DNA of 31,317 nt. It comes from Candidatus Hermodarchaeota archaeon (GTDB lineage: Archaea > Asgardarchaeota > Lokiarchaeia > Sigyniarchaeales > SOKP01). The position numbers and the translations under genes were made by a program. The notes beneath the pieces were generated by a model, which did not search any database, was not told the origin of the DNA, and was given only the letters and a program-made list of their open reading frames with translations. The stretch is from NCBI GenBank assembly GCA_048885925.1, contig JBHLLG010000032.1:1-31317 (forward strand). Direction: 5' to 3'. Shown one piece after another: positions 17,565-26,177 of this stretch; the stretch's first letter is position 1, and every line of letters starts with the position of its first letter.

Positions 17565-18419
17565 CTATATGTTTGAAGTTTTTTGTTTTAGAAAATTCCT
17601 TAGGTAATTTATCATATCATTTTTAGAGACTATATTCTCCATTTCTAGAAATCCATTATTTTGTAATGCTATTTGAAATTGGGTGATTTGTGGTAAAATC
17701 AAGGAAGTTTGATTGATTAAAAAATGATTATTTAATACATCTTTAGCAAGTCCATCAGCAATTATTTGTCCATTTTTCATTAATATTATACGAGGTAAGA
17801 ATTCATATGCAAACTCAACATTATGAGTAATGATAATAATTGTTTTTCCTTTTTTTCTTTCATTGGTAATTAAGTTTATAAAAAATTCAATTTCTTTTGC
17901 ATCTTGACCTAAGGTTGGTTCATCAAAAATTAAAATTTCAGGATCTCTACAAATAATTGAAGCAACAGCTAGTTTTTTCGATTCTCCTCCTGACAAATTT
18001 AATGGAGATCGATTTTTGTATTTTTCAAGTTCAAATTCTTTTAAGATTAAATTTATTTTTGACTGAATTTCATCTTTATTTTGATAAATAGTTTTTAAAG
18101 AAAATTTGATTTCTTCCTCTACCGAATTAGCAAATAATTGATGAAAAGGATTTTGAAAAATTATTCCTACTTTTTTAGACAATGTTGCGATGGTTTTAGA
18201 ATTAATATCTTCATTATCAATATAGATATTACCTTTGGTTGGTCGAATTAATCCATTCAAAGTTCGAATAAGACTAGTCTTACCAGCTCCATTTTTTCCC
18301 ATTATTCCGACTAATTCTCCTTGATAAATATTCAAATTTATATTTCTTAAAGCTACTGTTTCATTTGGATAAGTATAACTAACTTCTCTAATCATAATCA
18401 AAGGTATTTCCTTAGACAT
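17565..18419 (-). CDS. ecfA2: ECF transporter ATPase A'
   Basis: Walker A GKNGAGKT, FQNP Q-loop, LSGGE, Walker B ILIFDEPT, ITH. ATG at 18419 or GTG at 18428. Confidence 0.9.
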   Translation of the reverse strand: MSKEIPLIMIREVSYTYPNETVALRNINLNIYQGELVGIMGKNGAGKTSLIRTLNGLIRPTKGNIYIDNEDINSKTIATLSKKVGIIFQNPFHQLFANSVEEEIKFSLKTIYQNKDEIQSKINLILKEFELEKYKNRSPLNLSGGESKKLAVASIICRDPEILIFDEPTLGQDAKEIEFFINLITNERKKGKTIIIITHNVEFAYEFLPRIILMKNGQIIADGLAKDVLNNHFLINQTSLILPQITQFQIALQNNGFLEMENIVSKNDMINYLRNFLKQKTSNI

Positions 18420-18440
18420 TTTTATCACATACTATATTAA

Positions 18441-19274
18441 TTAGGTTGTTAAAGATTTTACTGCCTCTTGAATGGAAGTAGGTATATTTTTATTAAACAA
18501 TTTTTCTTTGTTAAGTTTTTTAAAGATTGAATAAATGATAGGTTTATTTAACCTTAAATTTTGAAAATTAACACCATTTATGACATTTTCACTAGATCCA
18601 TACTCGATAATCGCTCCATTCTTCATTAAAATTATATGATCTGATAAAGGTAAAATTAAATCAAGTCGATGTTCACTAACCATAATAGTTATATTTTTGT
18701 CCTGTCTGATCTCCTGTAATAAACGGATTATTTTTCTTGCCATATAAGGATCTAATAAGGCAGTCGGCTCATCTAGTATTAAGATTTTAGGTCTTAGTAC
18801 CAAGATAGACGCAATAGCAACTCTTTGTTGTTCTCCACCACTCAATTCAAAAGGTGCCTTATCTAAAATATGTTCAATTTCAGTTAAAGATGCACTCTCC
18901 ATTATTCGGTTTGAAATTTCTTTAGGTGATATGCCTAAGTTTTCTAAACCAAAAGCAATTTCATGTTCTACATTCATTGAAATTAACTGATTTTCTGGAT
19001 TTTGAAAGACTATTCCTACTTCTGTTGATAAATTGGCAATAGAAGTTTCAATAGTATCTTTTCCATTAACAATAATTTTCCCCTTATAAAAACCGGAATA
19101 GAATTGAGGAATCAAACCATTCATACATCTAATTAATGTGGTTTTTCCACTCCCAGTTTCTCCACATAATAAAATAAATGTATTATCCTCAATCTTTAAA
19201 TTGATGTTATTTAAAGCATAATCATCATTTCCTTTATATCTATAATAAAAATTTATAAAATTTACTAAATCCAT
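18441..19274 (-). CDS. ecfA1: ECF transporter ATPase A
   Basis: GETGSGKTT, FQNPENQ, LSGGEQQR, ILILDEPT, EHR. Confidence 0.9.
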   Translation of the reverse strand: MDLVNFINFYYRYKGNDDYALNNINLKIEDNTFILLCGETGSGKTTLIRCMNGLIPQFYSGFYKGKIIVNGKDTIETSIANLSTEVGIVFQNPENQLISMNVEHEIAFGLENLGISPKEISNRIMESASLTEIEHILDKAPFELSGGEQQRVAIASILVLRPKILILDEPTALLDPYMARKIIRLLQEIRQDKNITIMVSEHRLDLILPLSDHIILMKNGAIIEYGSSENVINGVNFQNLRLNKPIIYSIFKKLNKEKLFNKNIPTSIQEAVKSLTT

Positions 19275-19335
19275 GATAAGGATTAATCTGTGTAGATCTT
19301 GTTTTTTATTAATTTATAATTACTTAAAATCTAAA

Positions 19336-20340
19336 TTATAAATATTGTTTAATTTTCTCAATTATTTGTGTTATAATTAAATTACTTTCTTTATCGCTAG
19401 TAATAGAGGCAGCACCATCGTGTCCTCCACCATTTCCTTCGTATATCTCGGATATTTCTGCTAAGATTTTTCCTAAATGTAATCCAGTCTTTAAACAAAA
19501 TCCTTTTTTGGCTCTTGTATTAATTCGATAATGATCTCCTTCTTTTGAGAGAACAATAGCAATATCAAATCCCAGCTTTATTAACATTGTTGCAACACTT
19601 GAACCAAAACTGCTAACATTTGTAATACCTATTAAATAATTTTTTTCGCGAATTAGGTTAACTCTTTGCATTCCCTTTATTCTCGCTATTTTTTCTGAAA
19701 TATCTGTATCACTTTTAAGAAGATAAAAAACATCTTGAATGTCTATATCATCACACATCAATTTAACTACATTTTTAATACTTTTATTATTGGCATGCTT
19801 GAAAAAGCCTGTATCAGTTATTATTGCTGCAATAATTAGATTTTTTAATGGTATTGTTAAATGAGTGTTAGTGGATTCAAATAAATCTAATATTATTTCT
19901 GTTGTAGATGAATAGTTATCAAGAATAAAATTAAATGGATTTAAATTAGCTTCAGAGCTATCTAAAAAAAAATGATGATCTATAAAAATATAAGGTAGTT
20001 TTAAATGTGAAATATTTGTATTATTTTCTAATTTAACTTGATTTAAATTATTTGTATCTACTATTAAAAGGAGATCACATTTGGAACCATTAAAAGTTTT
20101 ATCAAAATTAAGATAAAAATCGGGAAATTTTTCAGAAAACCTTTTTATATAATCTTTTGTAGGTTTTGAAAGTTCCGAAAAATATATTGAGATCTCTTGA
20201 TTTTCAAGGATTTGATTTAAAAAATATTTCAAAGTAAAGCAGGAAGCTAAACCGTCAATATCCACTAAATCATGGGTTAAAATTGTTATTTTTTTATTTT
20301 CTAAAAAAGATAAAAAAGTTTCAAATTTAGATTTCAACAT
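19336..20340 (-). CDS. DHH/DHHA1 family phosphoesterase (NrnA-like)
   Basis: THDLVDIDG, IVDT, IDHH, TDTGFF and GGGHDGAAS motifs; usual neighbour of pfdB in archaea. Confidence 0.9.
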   Translation of the reverse strand: MLKSKFETFLSFLENKKITILTHDLVDIDGLASCFTLKYFLNQILENQEISIYFSELSKPTKDYIKRFSEKFPDFYLNFDKTFNGSKCDLLLIVDTNNLNQVKLENNTNISHLKLPYIFIDHHFFLDSSEANLNPFNFILDNYSSTTEIILDLFESTNTHLTIPLKNLIIAAIITDTGFFKHANNKSIKNVVKLMCDDIDIQDVFYLLKSDTDISEKIARIKGMQRVNLIREKNYLIGITNVSSFGSSVATMLIKLGFDIAIVLSKEGDHYRINTRAKKGFCLKTGLHLGKILAEISEIYEGNGGGHDGAASITSDKESNLIITQIIEKIKQYL

Positions 20341-20357
20341 AAAAATATCAAATAATT

Positions 20358-20711
20358 TTATTTTTGAAATTCAGCTTCGAGAGATTTTCTTAATGTTTCA
20401 ATCTGGTTTCGAACACGATCTTCTTTTTGCTTTAAAGTTTTTAACCGCATCTCATAAGTGACTTTTAAACTTTTTTTCTCATCTAATAACTTATTCTTTT
20501 CACTTTTAACTAAAATTCCTCCTATTGCTTTATAAACTGTGTCATCAGGATTTATTTTAGATAATTCCTCAATTGCTAATTCAGTATCCCTTAATGTACT
20601 CTCTATTTGTAATCTTTGAGTTGTTATAAATTCATAAGATTGCTGTAATTTATTTAGATTTATTAATTTGTTTCTTTGTTCTTCATTTAAATTTTCAAGA
20701 TTTATTGACAT
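20358..20711 (-). CDS. pfdB: prefoldin beta subunit
   Basis: Coiled coils flanking the VYKAIGGILVK hairpin; superoperon position. Confidence 0.92.
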   Translation of the reverse strand: MSINLENLNEEQRNKLINLNKLQQSYEFITTQRLQIESTLRDTELAIEELSKINPDDTVYKAIGGILVKSEKNKLLDEKKSLKVTYEMRLKTLKQKEDRVRNQIETLRKSLEAEFQK

Positions 20712-20775
20712 AATTAATCAAATAAACGCGAGTTCTTTTATAATTTAATTTAGAATGTAAATAATTTATTTTTTT

Positions 20776-21048
20776 CTATGTATTATCAACTATTTTCAAG
20801 CTATTTGTTAAAACTTTCCCAAAACTTATAATTTCATTAATAGAAGCACGAAAAGAAGTAATATCATTACTTTTTATCTTAAAAATGAGAAAATTTTCAT
20901 TTTTTTTTTCCATAGAGACTTTAGATCTTTTAGTTTGTAATTTTTTAAATTCTGGTAAAAAAGCATCGTAAGAAATATCTCTTAATTTAGAAGTAGTAAA
21001 TTTTAGTTCTATTATTGAATTTATAGAAAAAGAATTAATTTGATTCAT
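20776..21048 (-). CDS. pcc1: KEOPS complex subunit Pcc1
   Basis: LPE...KRSKV...IKSNDITSFRASINE pattern; lies between rpl37ae and pfdB. Confidence 0.85.
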   Translation of the reverse strand: MNQINSFSINSIIELKFTTSKLRDISYDAFLPEFKKLQTKRSKVSMEKKNENFLIFKIKSNDITSFRASINEIISFGKVLTNSLKIVDNT

Positions 21049-21335
21049 TATTCTTCTATGACATCTAATTCTCTTTGTTTTCGTTTTGCTATTCTGAAAG
21101 ATTCTGATCCTCGAGGTGTTTCTATATAATATGCTCCTCCTGTAAAACGCGCATTACATTTTTTACAGTACCAAATGCCTGTTGATATTCGATATACAGT
21201 ACCCTGTGATTCACATTTAGGACATTTAATATCTCCTTTCATCTTCTCTAAAATTGAACGAGTTCTTTTTCTCAATGTACTTCCATAGCGAGCCGCATAA
21301 CGCCCTGTGATACCCACTTTCTTAGTTTTGCCCAT
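21048..21335 (-). CDS. rpl37ae: 50S ribosomal protein L37Ae (eL43)
   Basis: TKKVGITGRYAARYGSTLRK; CPKC...GIWYCKKC; FTGGAY. Confidence 0.96.
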   Translation of the reverse strand: MGKTKKVGITGRYAARYGSTLRKRTRSILEKMKGDIKCPKCESQGTVYRISTGIWYCKKCNARFTGGAYYIETPRGSESFRIAKRKQRELDVIEE

Positions 21336-21366
21336 TTTAATCTAAATTAGTATTGAATAGTTGATG

Positions 21367-21377
21367 TTATATAAAAA
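21367..21377 (-). promoter_or_regulatory. putative archaeal TATA box for rpl37ae
   Basis: Minus strand TTTTTATATAA about 32-42 nt upstream of the rpl37ae ATG. AT-rich background limits specificity. Confidence 0.4.
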
Positions 21378-21532
21378 CTATAATAAACTATAAATTTTTC
21401 TATATTAAAAGAAATTTATTCAATACTTCAGTTTTAAATTAGAAGTTCAAAAAGAGAGTTTTTATATTTCTCAAAATTACAAAATTAAATTATAATTTAT
21501 TAAAATTAAGCTTTTAATTGAAAGTGTAAGAA

Positions 21533-24280
21533 ATGATTAAAAAAAACTCCCTTATTGTTAATTTAAGAGTCATTAAGCAAAAAACTAAGGAAGTAGGAAC
21601 AAAAGCTGCAAATCTTGGTGAACTCATCCAAAATAAATTTTATGTGCCTGATGGATTTGTTATAACCACTAGAGCATATGAGTTATTTCTCAAAAATAAT
21701 AATCTTATGGGAGTTATTGAAAATCTACTAGAAAATCTTGAATACAATAATTTAGAATCATTAAACCAGTCTGTAGACAAGATTCAAAATATGATTATGA
21801 AAAGTGAGTTGCCAAGGGAATTAACAGATGAAATTAAAACAAGACACCAACAGTTTTCTTCATACGGTATAGCCATTAGATCCTCTGCTACTGCTGAAGA
21901 TTTACCAAATGCGTCTTTTGCTGGTCAATACGATACTTATTTAAATGTAAGAGAAATTGACCAAATACTTTATTATATAAAACGATGCTATGCCTCATTA
22001 TGGTCAAATCGAGCAATTATTTATCGATATAAAAATAAGATTCCACATAATCTAATTAAAATGGCGGTTATTATTCAGAAAATGGTTGATGCAAAATCTG
22101 CTGGCGTTTTATTTACAATAAATCCAATAACGTCTAATAATGATGAATTATTAATTGAATCTAATTTTGGGTTAGGAGAATCAATTGTTTCGGGAAAAAT
22201 AAACCCAGATCAGTTTATTATAAAGAAAATTAAAAGAGGCTTACTGAAAATTATAAGTAGACTGATTGGAAAAAAAACAATAGCTGTTTTTCCAAAAAAT
22301 ATAAAGGATGAAGGTGGAATAACATATAATGAATTAAATGACGATTTAATTAATCAAACTTCCTTATCTGATGGTGAAATTCTCCAAATTGCAAAAATAG
22401 GTCTCCAAATAGTAAAAAGTTTTCATGGAATCCCTCAAGACATTGAATGGGCTTTTGATCAAAAGAATACAATTAATATATTACAAACTCGCCCAATTAC
22501 AGCAATAAAAGCTGATCTCAAAACTCCTAAAATTTTGTGGACTAGAGGCTATTCAGATGACTATTGGAATGATAATGTTAGTCCATTATTTTTTGAACTT
22601 TTAGGGGATCAGATAACAAAAGTTGTAAATATAGAATTAAACGATATCATGGGTTATAAAAGAATGGACACTCAATTATTAAAATTATACAATGCTCATG
22701 TCTATTTTAATCTTAATGTAATAAAAAGAAAAATCGAAAATGAAATCCCAAAATTCATGAGAAATGAAGATATACTAAATTATTTTCCAGAAGGTTCAGG
22801 ACCTTATGGGAAAAAAACAATGAAAGAACTTCCTTTTCACCTAATAAAACGGATAGTTGCAGAATTACGTATAATGCTTCATGATCCTAACGGATCCATG
22901 TCTAAAACTGCTGAAGCGTATGATAACTGGAATCAGATACAATTCGAACCTTATTGTAAGTTATTTGATAAGAAATTAGAGGTTATAAAAAAGACGAATA
23001 ATTTAGCTGATTTATTGGACTTAGCTAAAGATTTAGATAAAATTATGATTGATCATTTTCGGTTAATTCGATATGGGATTCCTGTCCACAATATTGGCAT
23101 GAACTTATTGATTCAATATCTACTTACTCGTTTTTTAGGTAAAGAGGCATGCTCAAGATTTTATCCTATTCTTGTTTCTGGCCTTAATCATAAATTAACA
23201 GAAACAAACGATCAAATTCATTATCTAGCCTCCCTTATTAATAAATCTAGCTATCTTAAGAACCTTATAAGTAATAATAAATCAGAAAATGTTTATAAAA
23301 AACTTTTAGAAGAAAAAGAACCTTCAATCAATAAATTTCTAAAAGTATTTGAACATTTTTTAGAAATTCATGGTGATCGTGGCTTTACTAGAGAAATTTA
23401 TTACCCTAGATGGAGAGAACCACCAATGATAAATTTATTTGATATATTCAAATCATTAATAACAGATCAATGGCAGGAATTAGATATCAAAAAAGCCAAA
23501 AATTTACATAAAAGAGAGCTAATTGAAAAGATTGTTGAATCTAAAATTAGATCCCAACGTTTTGGACTACTAAAATGGAAATTCTTATATATAATTTTAA
23601 AAAATAGTCGAAAATATATCATATTTCGTGAAAACCAGAGATTTAATTTAGATAAATGGATTACAAGAAACAGGAACGTATATTTGGAAATTGGAATAAT
23701 ATTTAAAAAAAGAGGACTTATACCAGATGAAAACTTGATCTTCTTTTTTGGTAAAGAGGAAATAGAAAAATTAGCATTAAAAGAATATAATAAAGAAAAA
23801 ATTGAAGAAATGTCAATTGAATTAGAAAAAAGATATAAACTTTTTCTACAACACGTAAATAAATTACCACCTAAATTTCTATTAGGATCTCGGGAATTTA
23901 ATGATGTTTTAAAGAATAAAAAGGAAAATAAAATCTTCCGTGGTATCCCAGCTAGTCAAGGAATTATTACTGCACCTATAAGAGTCCTTGAGAATATTGA
24001 TCTTATTTCTACTGTGCGATCAGGAGAGATTCTCGTAGTATCTCGAACAGATCCCGGTTGGACTCCTGTTTTTTCGAAAATAGCAGGGTTAATCACAGAG
24101 ACTGGGGGAATTTTATCTCATGGTGCTGTTATTTCAAGAGAATATAGTATTCCTGCTGTTACAAATATAGTAAATGCTTGTCATATCTTCAAAACGGGTC
24201 AAATTATTAAAATTGATGGTTTCAATGGCATTGTTACTATACAGGAAAAAGTTAAGGTGAATAAAAATTGGAATCGATAA
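21533..24280 (+). CDS. PEP-synthase-related dikinase-type phosphotransferase/ligase with RPH/PigC/YvkC domain order (ATP-grasp, substrate domain, C-terminal phospho-His swivel)
   Basis: VGTKAANLGEL, RSSATAED..ASFAGQYDT, QDIEWA, QTRPIT; central FLEIHGDRG...PRWRE; C-terminal TDPGWTP and GGILSHGAVISREYSIPAV. No PEP/pyruvate TIM barrel follows. Confidence 0.85.
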   Translation: MIKKNSLIVNLRVIKQKTKEVGTKAANLGELIQNKFYVPDGFVITTRAYELFLKNNNLMGVIENLLENLEYNNLESLNQSVDKIQNMIMKSELPRELTDEIKTRHQQFSSYGIAIRSSATAEDLPNASFAGQYDTYLNVREIDQILYYIKRCYASLWSNRAIIYRYKNKIPHNLIKMAVIIQKMVDAKSAGVLFTINPITSNNDELLIESNFGLGESIVSGKINPDQFIIKKIKRGLLKIISRLIGKKTIAVFPKNIKDEGGITYNELNDDLINQTSLSDGEILQIAKIGLQIVKSFHGIPQDIEWAFDQKNTINILQTRPITAIKADLKTPKILWTRGYSDDYWNDNVSPLFFELLGDQITKVVNIELNDIMGYKRMDTQLLKLYNAHVYFNLNVIKRKIENEIPKFMRNEDILNYFPEGSGPYGKKTMKELPFHLIKRIVAELRIMLHDPNGSMSKTAEAYDNWNQIQFEPYCKLFDKKLEVIKKTNNLADLLDLAKDLDKIMIDHFRLIRYGIPVHNIGMNLLIQYLLTRFLGKEACSRFYPILVSGLNHKLTETNDQIHYLASLINKSSYLKNLISNNKSENVYKKLLEEKEPSINKFLKVFEHFLEIHGDRGFTREIYYPRWREPPMINLFDIFKSLITDQWQELDIKKAKNLHKRELIEKIVESKIRSQRFGLLKWKFLYIILKNSRKYIIFRENQRFNLDKWITRNRNVYLEIGIIFKKRGLIPDENLIFFFGKEEIEKLALKEYNKEKIEEMSIELEKRYKLFLQHVNKLPPKFLLGSREFNDVLKNKKENKIFRGIPASQGIITAPIRVLENIDLISTVRSGEILVVSRTDPGWTPVFSKIAGLITETGGILSHGAVISREYSIPAVTNIVNACHIFKTGQIIKIDGFNGIVTIQEKVKVNKNWNR

Positions 24281-25233
24281 CTCATCTGGATCTTAGTACA
24301 GACCATCCCGAATGGAATGAATCTTATTATTTTGTTTTTTATGACAAGGAAAATAATCTTGGAGGGATGACTAGATTAGGATTTAAGCCAAATAAACTAG
24401 AAGGAATGACTTTTTTCTTTCTATTTTTGCCAAATGGTTCAGCTGCGGGATATTTTAGAGAAAAAACTGTAAAGGATTACAATAAAACTCTGAAAGTAGG
24501 TGGAGTAAGTCATGTTTATCAAAATAATTCTAAATGGAAGTACCTATTTCAAGGGAAAATGATTTTTGTGAAAAATCCTGAAGATTTACCTAAAGTACGT
24601 GAAGAACCCGGATTAATTAGTACAACTAAAAAAGTATTAATAGACATCTCGTTTAATCCAATAAATGATACATATGAATATAGTGATTATATGACACCTG
24701 AATCATTAAAGATTGGAAAGAAAGCTGGTGATAAACATTGGGAACAAATAGGTATCTTATTTGGAAATATTCAAATAGGTAATGACAATTATGTAATAAA
24801 AGATGTACTAGGTCAAAGAGATCATACTTATGGAGTTAGAGATTGGACTAACGTAGGTAACTGGTTATACTATGTGGTATGGTTTGATAAAACTTTAGCA
24901 ATTAATCCAGCAGCAATAATTACTGATGACGGAAGTATGTCTACAGGAGGATTCTTATTTAAAGATGGAGAAAATATCCCTTTAAGAACAATAGAAATAG
25001 TTGATCAAAGATATCGAAAAGATGGGGTGTTCCCAATAAGTTCAGAATTGAAAATTATAGATAAATTAAACAATAAACACATCTTGAAAGCAAAAGTTGG
25101 ATCAATCATCCCAGTTCCTTTTATAGATAGTGAAGGTAATAGTTCAATATTGGTTCAGTCTATGGGGAAATTTGAATTGAATGGGAGAAAAGGTGGTTAT
25201 GGATCATTTGAAACACTGCGAAAAGTTAAATAA
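24268..25233 (+). CDS. lipocalin/tocopherol-cyclase-like (AttH/CrtC-like double beta-barrel) protein
   Basis: WNESYYFVFYD...G.TRLG.KPN, HWEQIG and RDHTYGVRDW motifs; beta-rich. TTG start 7 nt after a GGTGA SD; overlaps the upstream gene by 13 nt. Confidence 0.62.
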   Translation: MESITHLDLSTDHPEWNESYYFVFYDKENNLGGMTRLGFKPNKLEGMTFFFLFLPNGSAAGYFREKTVKDYNKTLKVGGVSHVYQNNSKWKYLFQGKMIFVKNPEDLPKVREEPGLISTTKKVLIDISFNPINDTYEYSDYMTPESLKIGKKAGDKHWEQIGILFGNIQIGNDNYVIKDVLGQRDHTYGVRDWTNVGNWLYYVVWFDKTLAINPAAIITDDGSMSTGGFLFKDGENIPLRTIEIVDQRYRKDGVFPISSELKIIDKLNNKHILKAKVGSIIPVPFIDSEGNSSILVQSMGKFELNGRKGGYGSFETLRKVK

Positions 25234-25341
25234 TAAAGATTTAATGAAATCAATAATCTTAAATAACGAAATAATGAAGAAAATTTTTTAAAAGACTGCT
25301 AAAAAATAAATTATTTAAATAATAAAAATTCTTGTTGAAAA

Positions 25342-26175
25342 TTATTCCATTTTAGCTAAATATTGTTGAAAATTTAAGTCAGTTCTTAATTTATTACTAA
25401 TTTCTAAAGATTTATTACCAAGCATTTTTATCTCGTCGATTGAAAAGGTCGCTGCTCCACTTTTTTGAATTGATGTAATTTTATCTTTGGTGGTTGATAT
25501 TGAAATTTTACCATCGCAAACTAATTCTTCGGGTAAATTAGGATCTAAAAAAATAATATCATCAATTTTTCCATAAGTAGTGATCAAGGGTAATTCATTT
25601 ACAATGTCTTTTCCGGTCAAGTACTTTCCAGTCCATTCAATCTCCCCTTTATCTTCATTCCAAATACCTTCAGGGATATGTGCTGACATTAATGATGTTA
25701 AAGCACTTACACCCCCTGCATCAATTAAATTACCAGAATAATTGATAACATACATATCTACAAAAAGTATATAGACAGCTTTATTTTCTTTGATACAAAG
25801 CTTATTGGTTTGAACACAATCTGCATGTCTGATTCCACGATCAACCACACGTGCTAATTCAATTGATTGCTCATCTGGAGGACCTCTTTCAAATAGTGGA
25901 GATGCTAATGGGAGTAATTCTGCCATAACAGTACATACACCTTCATCAGGAAGATCTGGAAAAGGCTCACCAACTTCATATTTTAAACCTGTTATTATCC
26001 TTGTATCTCCTAATAAAACGTCAGCGGAGCCTTCTGCTGAGGATATAATATCACTTTTAATATTGAACTCACGAAAATCCCACAAACCTCTTCCATCGAG
26101 TCTTTCTTCTTTTTTCAAATTTGAAATTATATAATCTTTTTCAATTTTTGATACAATTCGCTTAACATCCATCAT
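25342..26175 (-). CDS. rrp42: exosome complex subunit Rrp42
   Basis: RLDGR, AEGSADV, EPFPDLPDEG, FERGPPDEQSIELARVVDRGIR, SIQKSG. Confidence 0.96.
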   Translation of the reverse strand: MMDVKRIVSKIEKDYIISNLKKEERLDGRGLWDFREFNIKSDIISSAEGSADVLLGDTRIITGLKYEVGEPFPDLPDEGVCTVMAELLPLASPLFERGPPDEQSIELARVVDRGIRHADCVQTNKLCIKENKAVYILFVDMYVINYSGNLIDAGGVSALTSLMSAHIPEGIWNEDKGEIEWTGKYLTGKDIVNELPLITTYGKIDDIIFLDPNLPEELVCDGKISISTTKDKITSIQKSGAATFSIDEIKMLGNKSLEISNKLRTDLNFQQYLAKME

Positions 26176-26177
26176 TT

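Noticed and set aside
21533-24280. Annotation as canonical PEP synthase (ppsA) or as a proven rifampicin resistance gene (rph)
   Set aside because: The domain order lacks the C-terminal PEP/pyruvate barrel. The substrate domain is too divergent for me to assign rifampicin specificity by eye.
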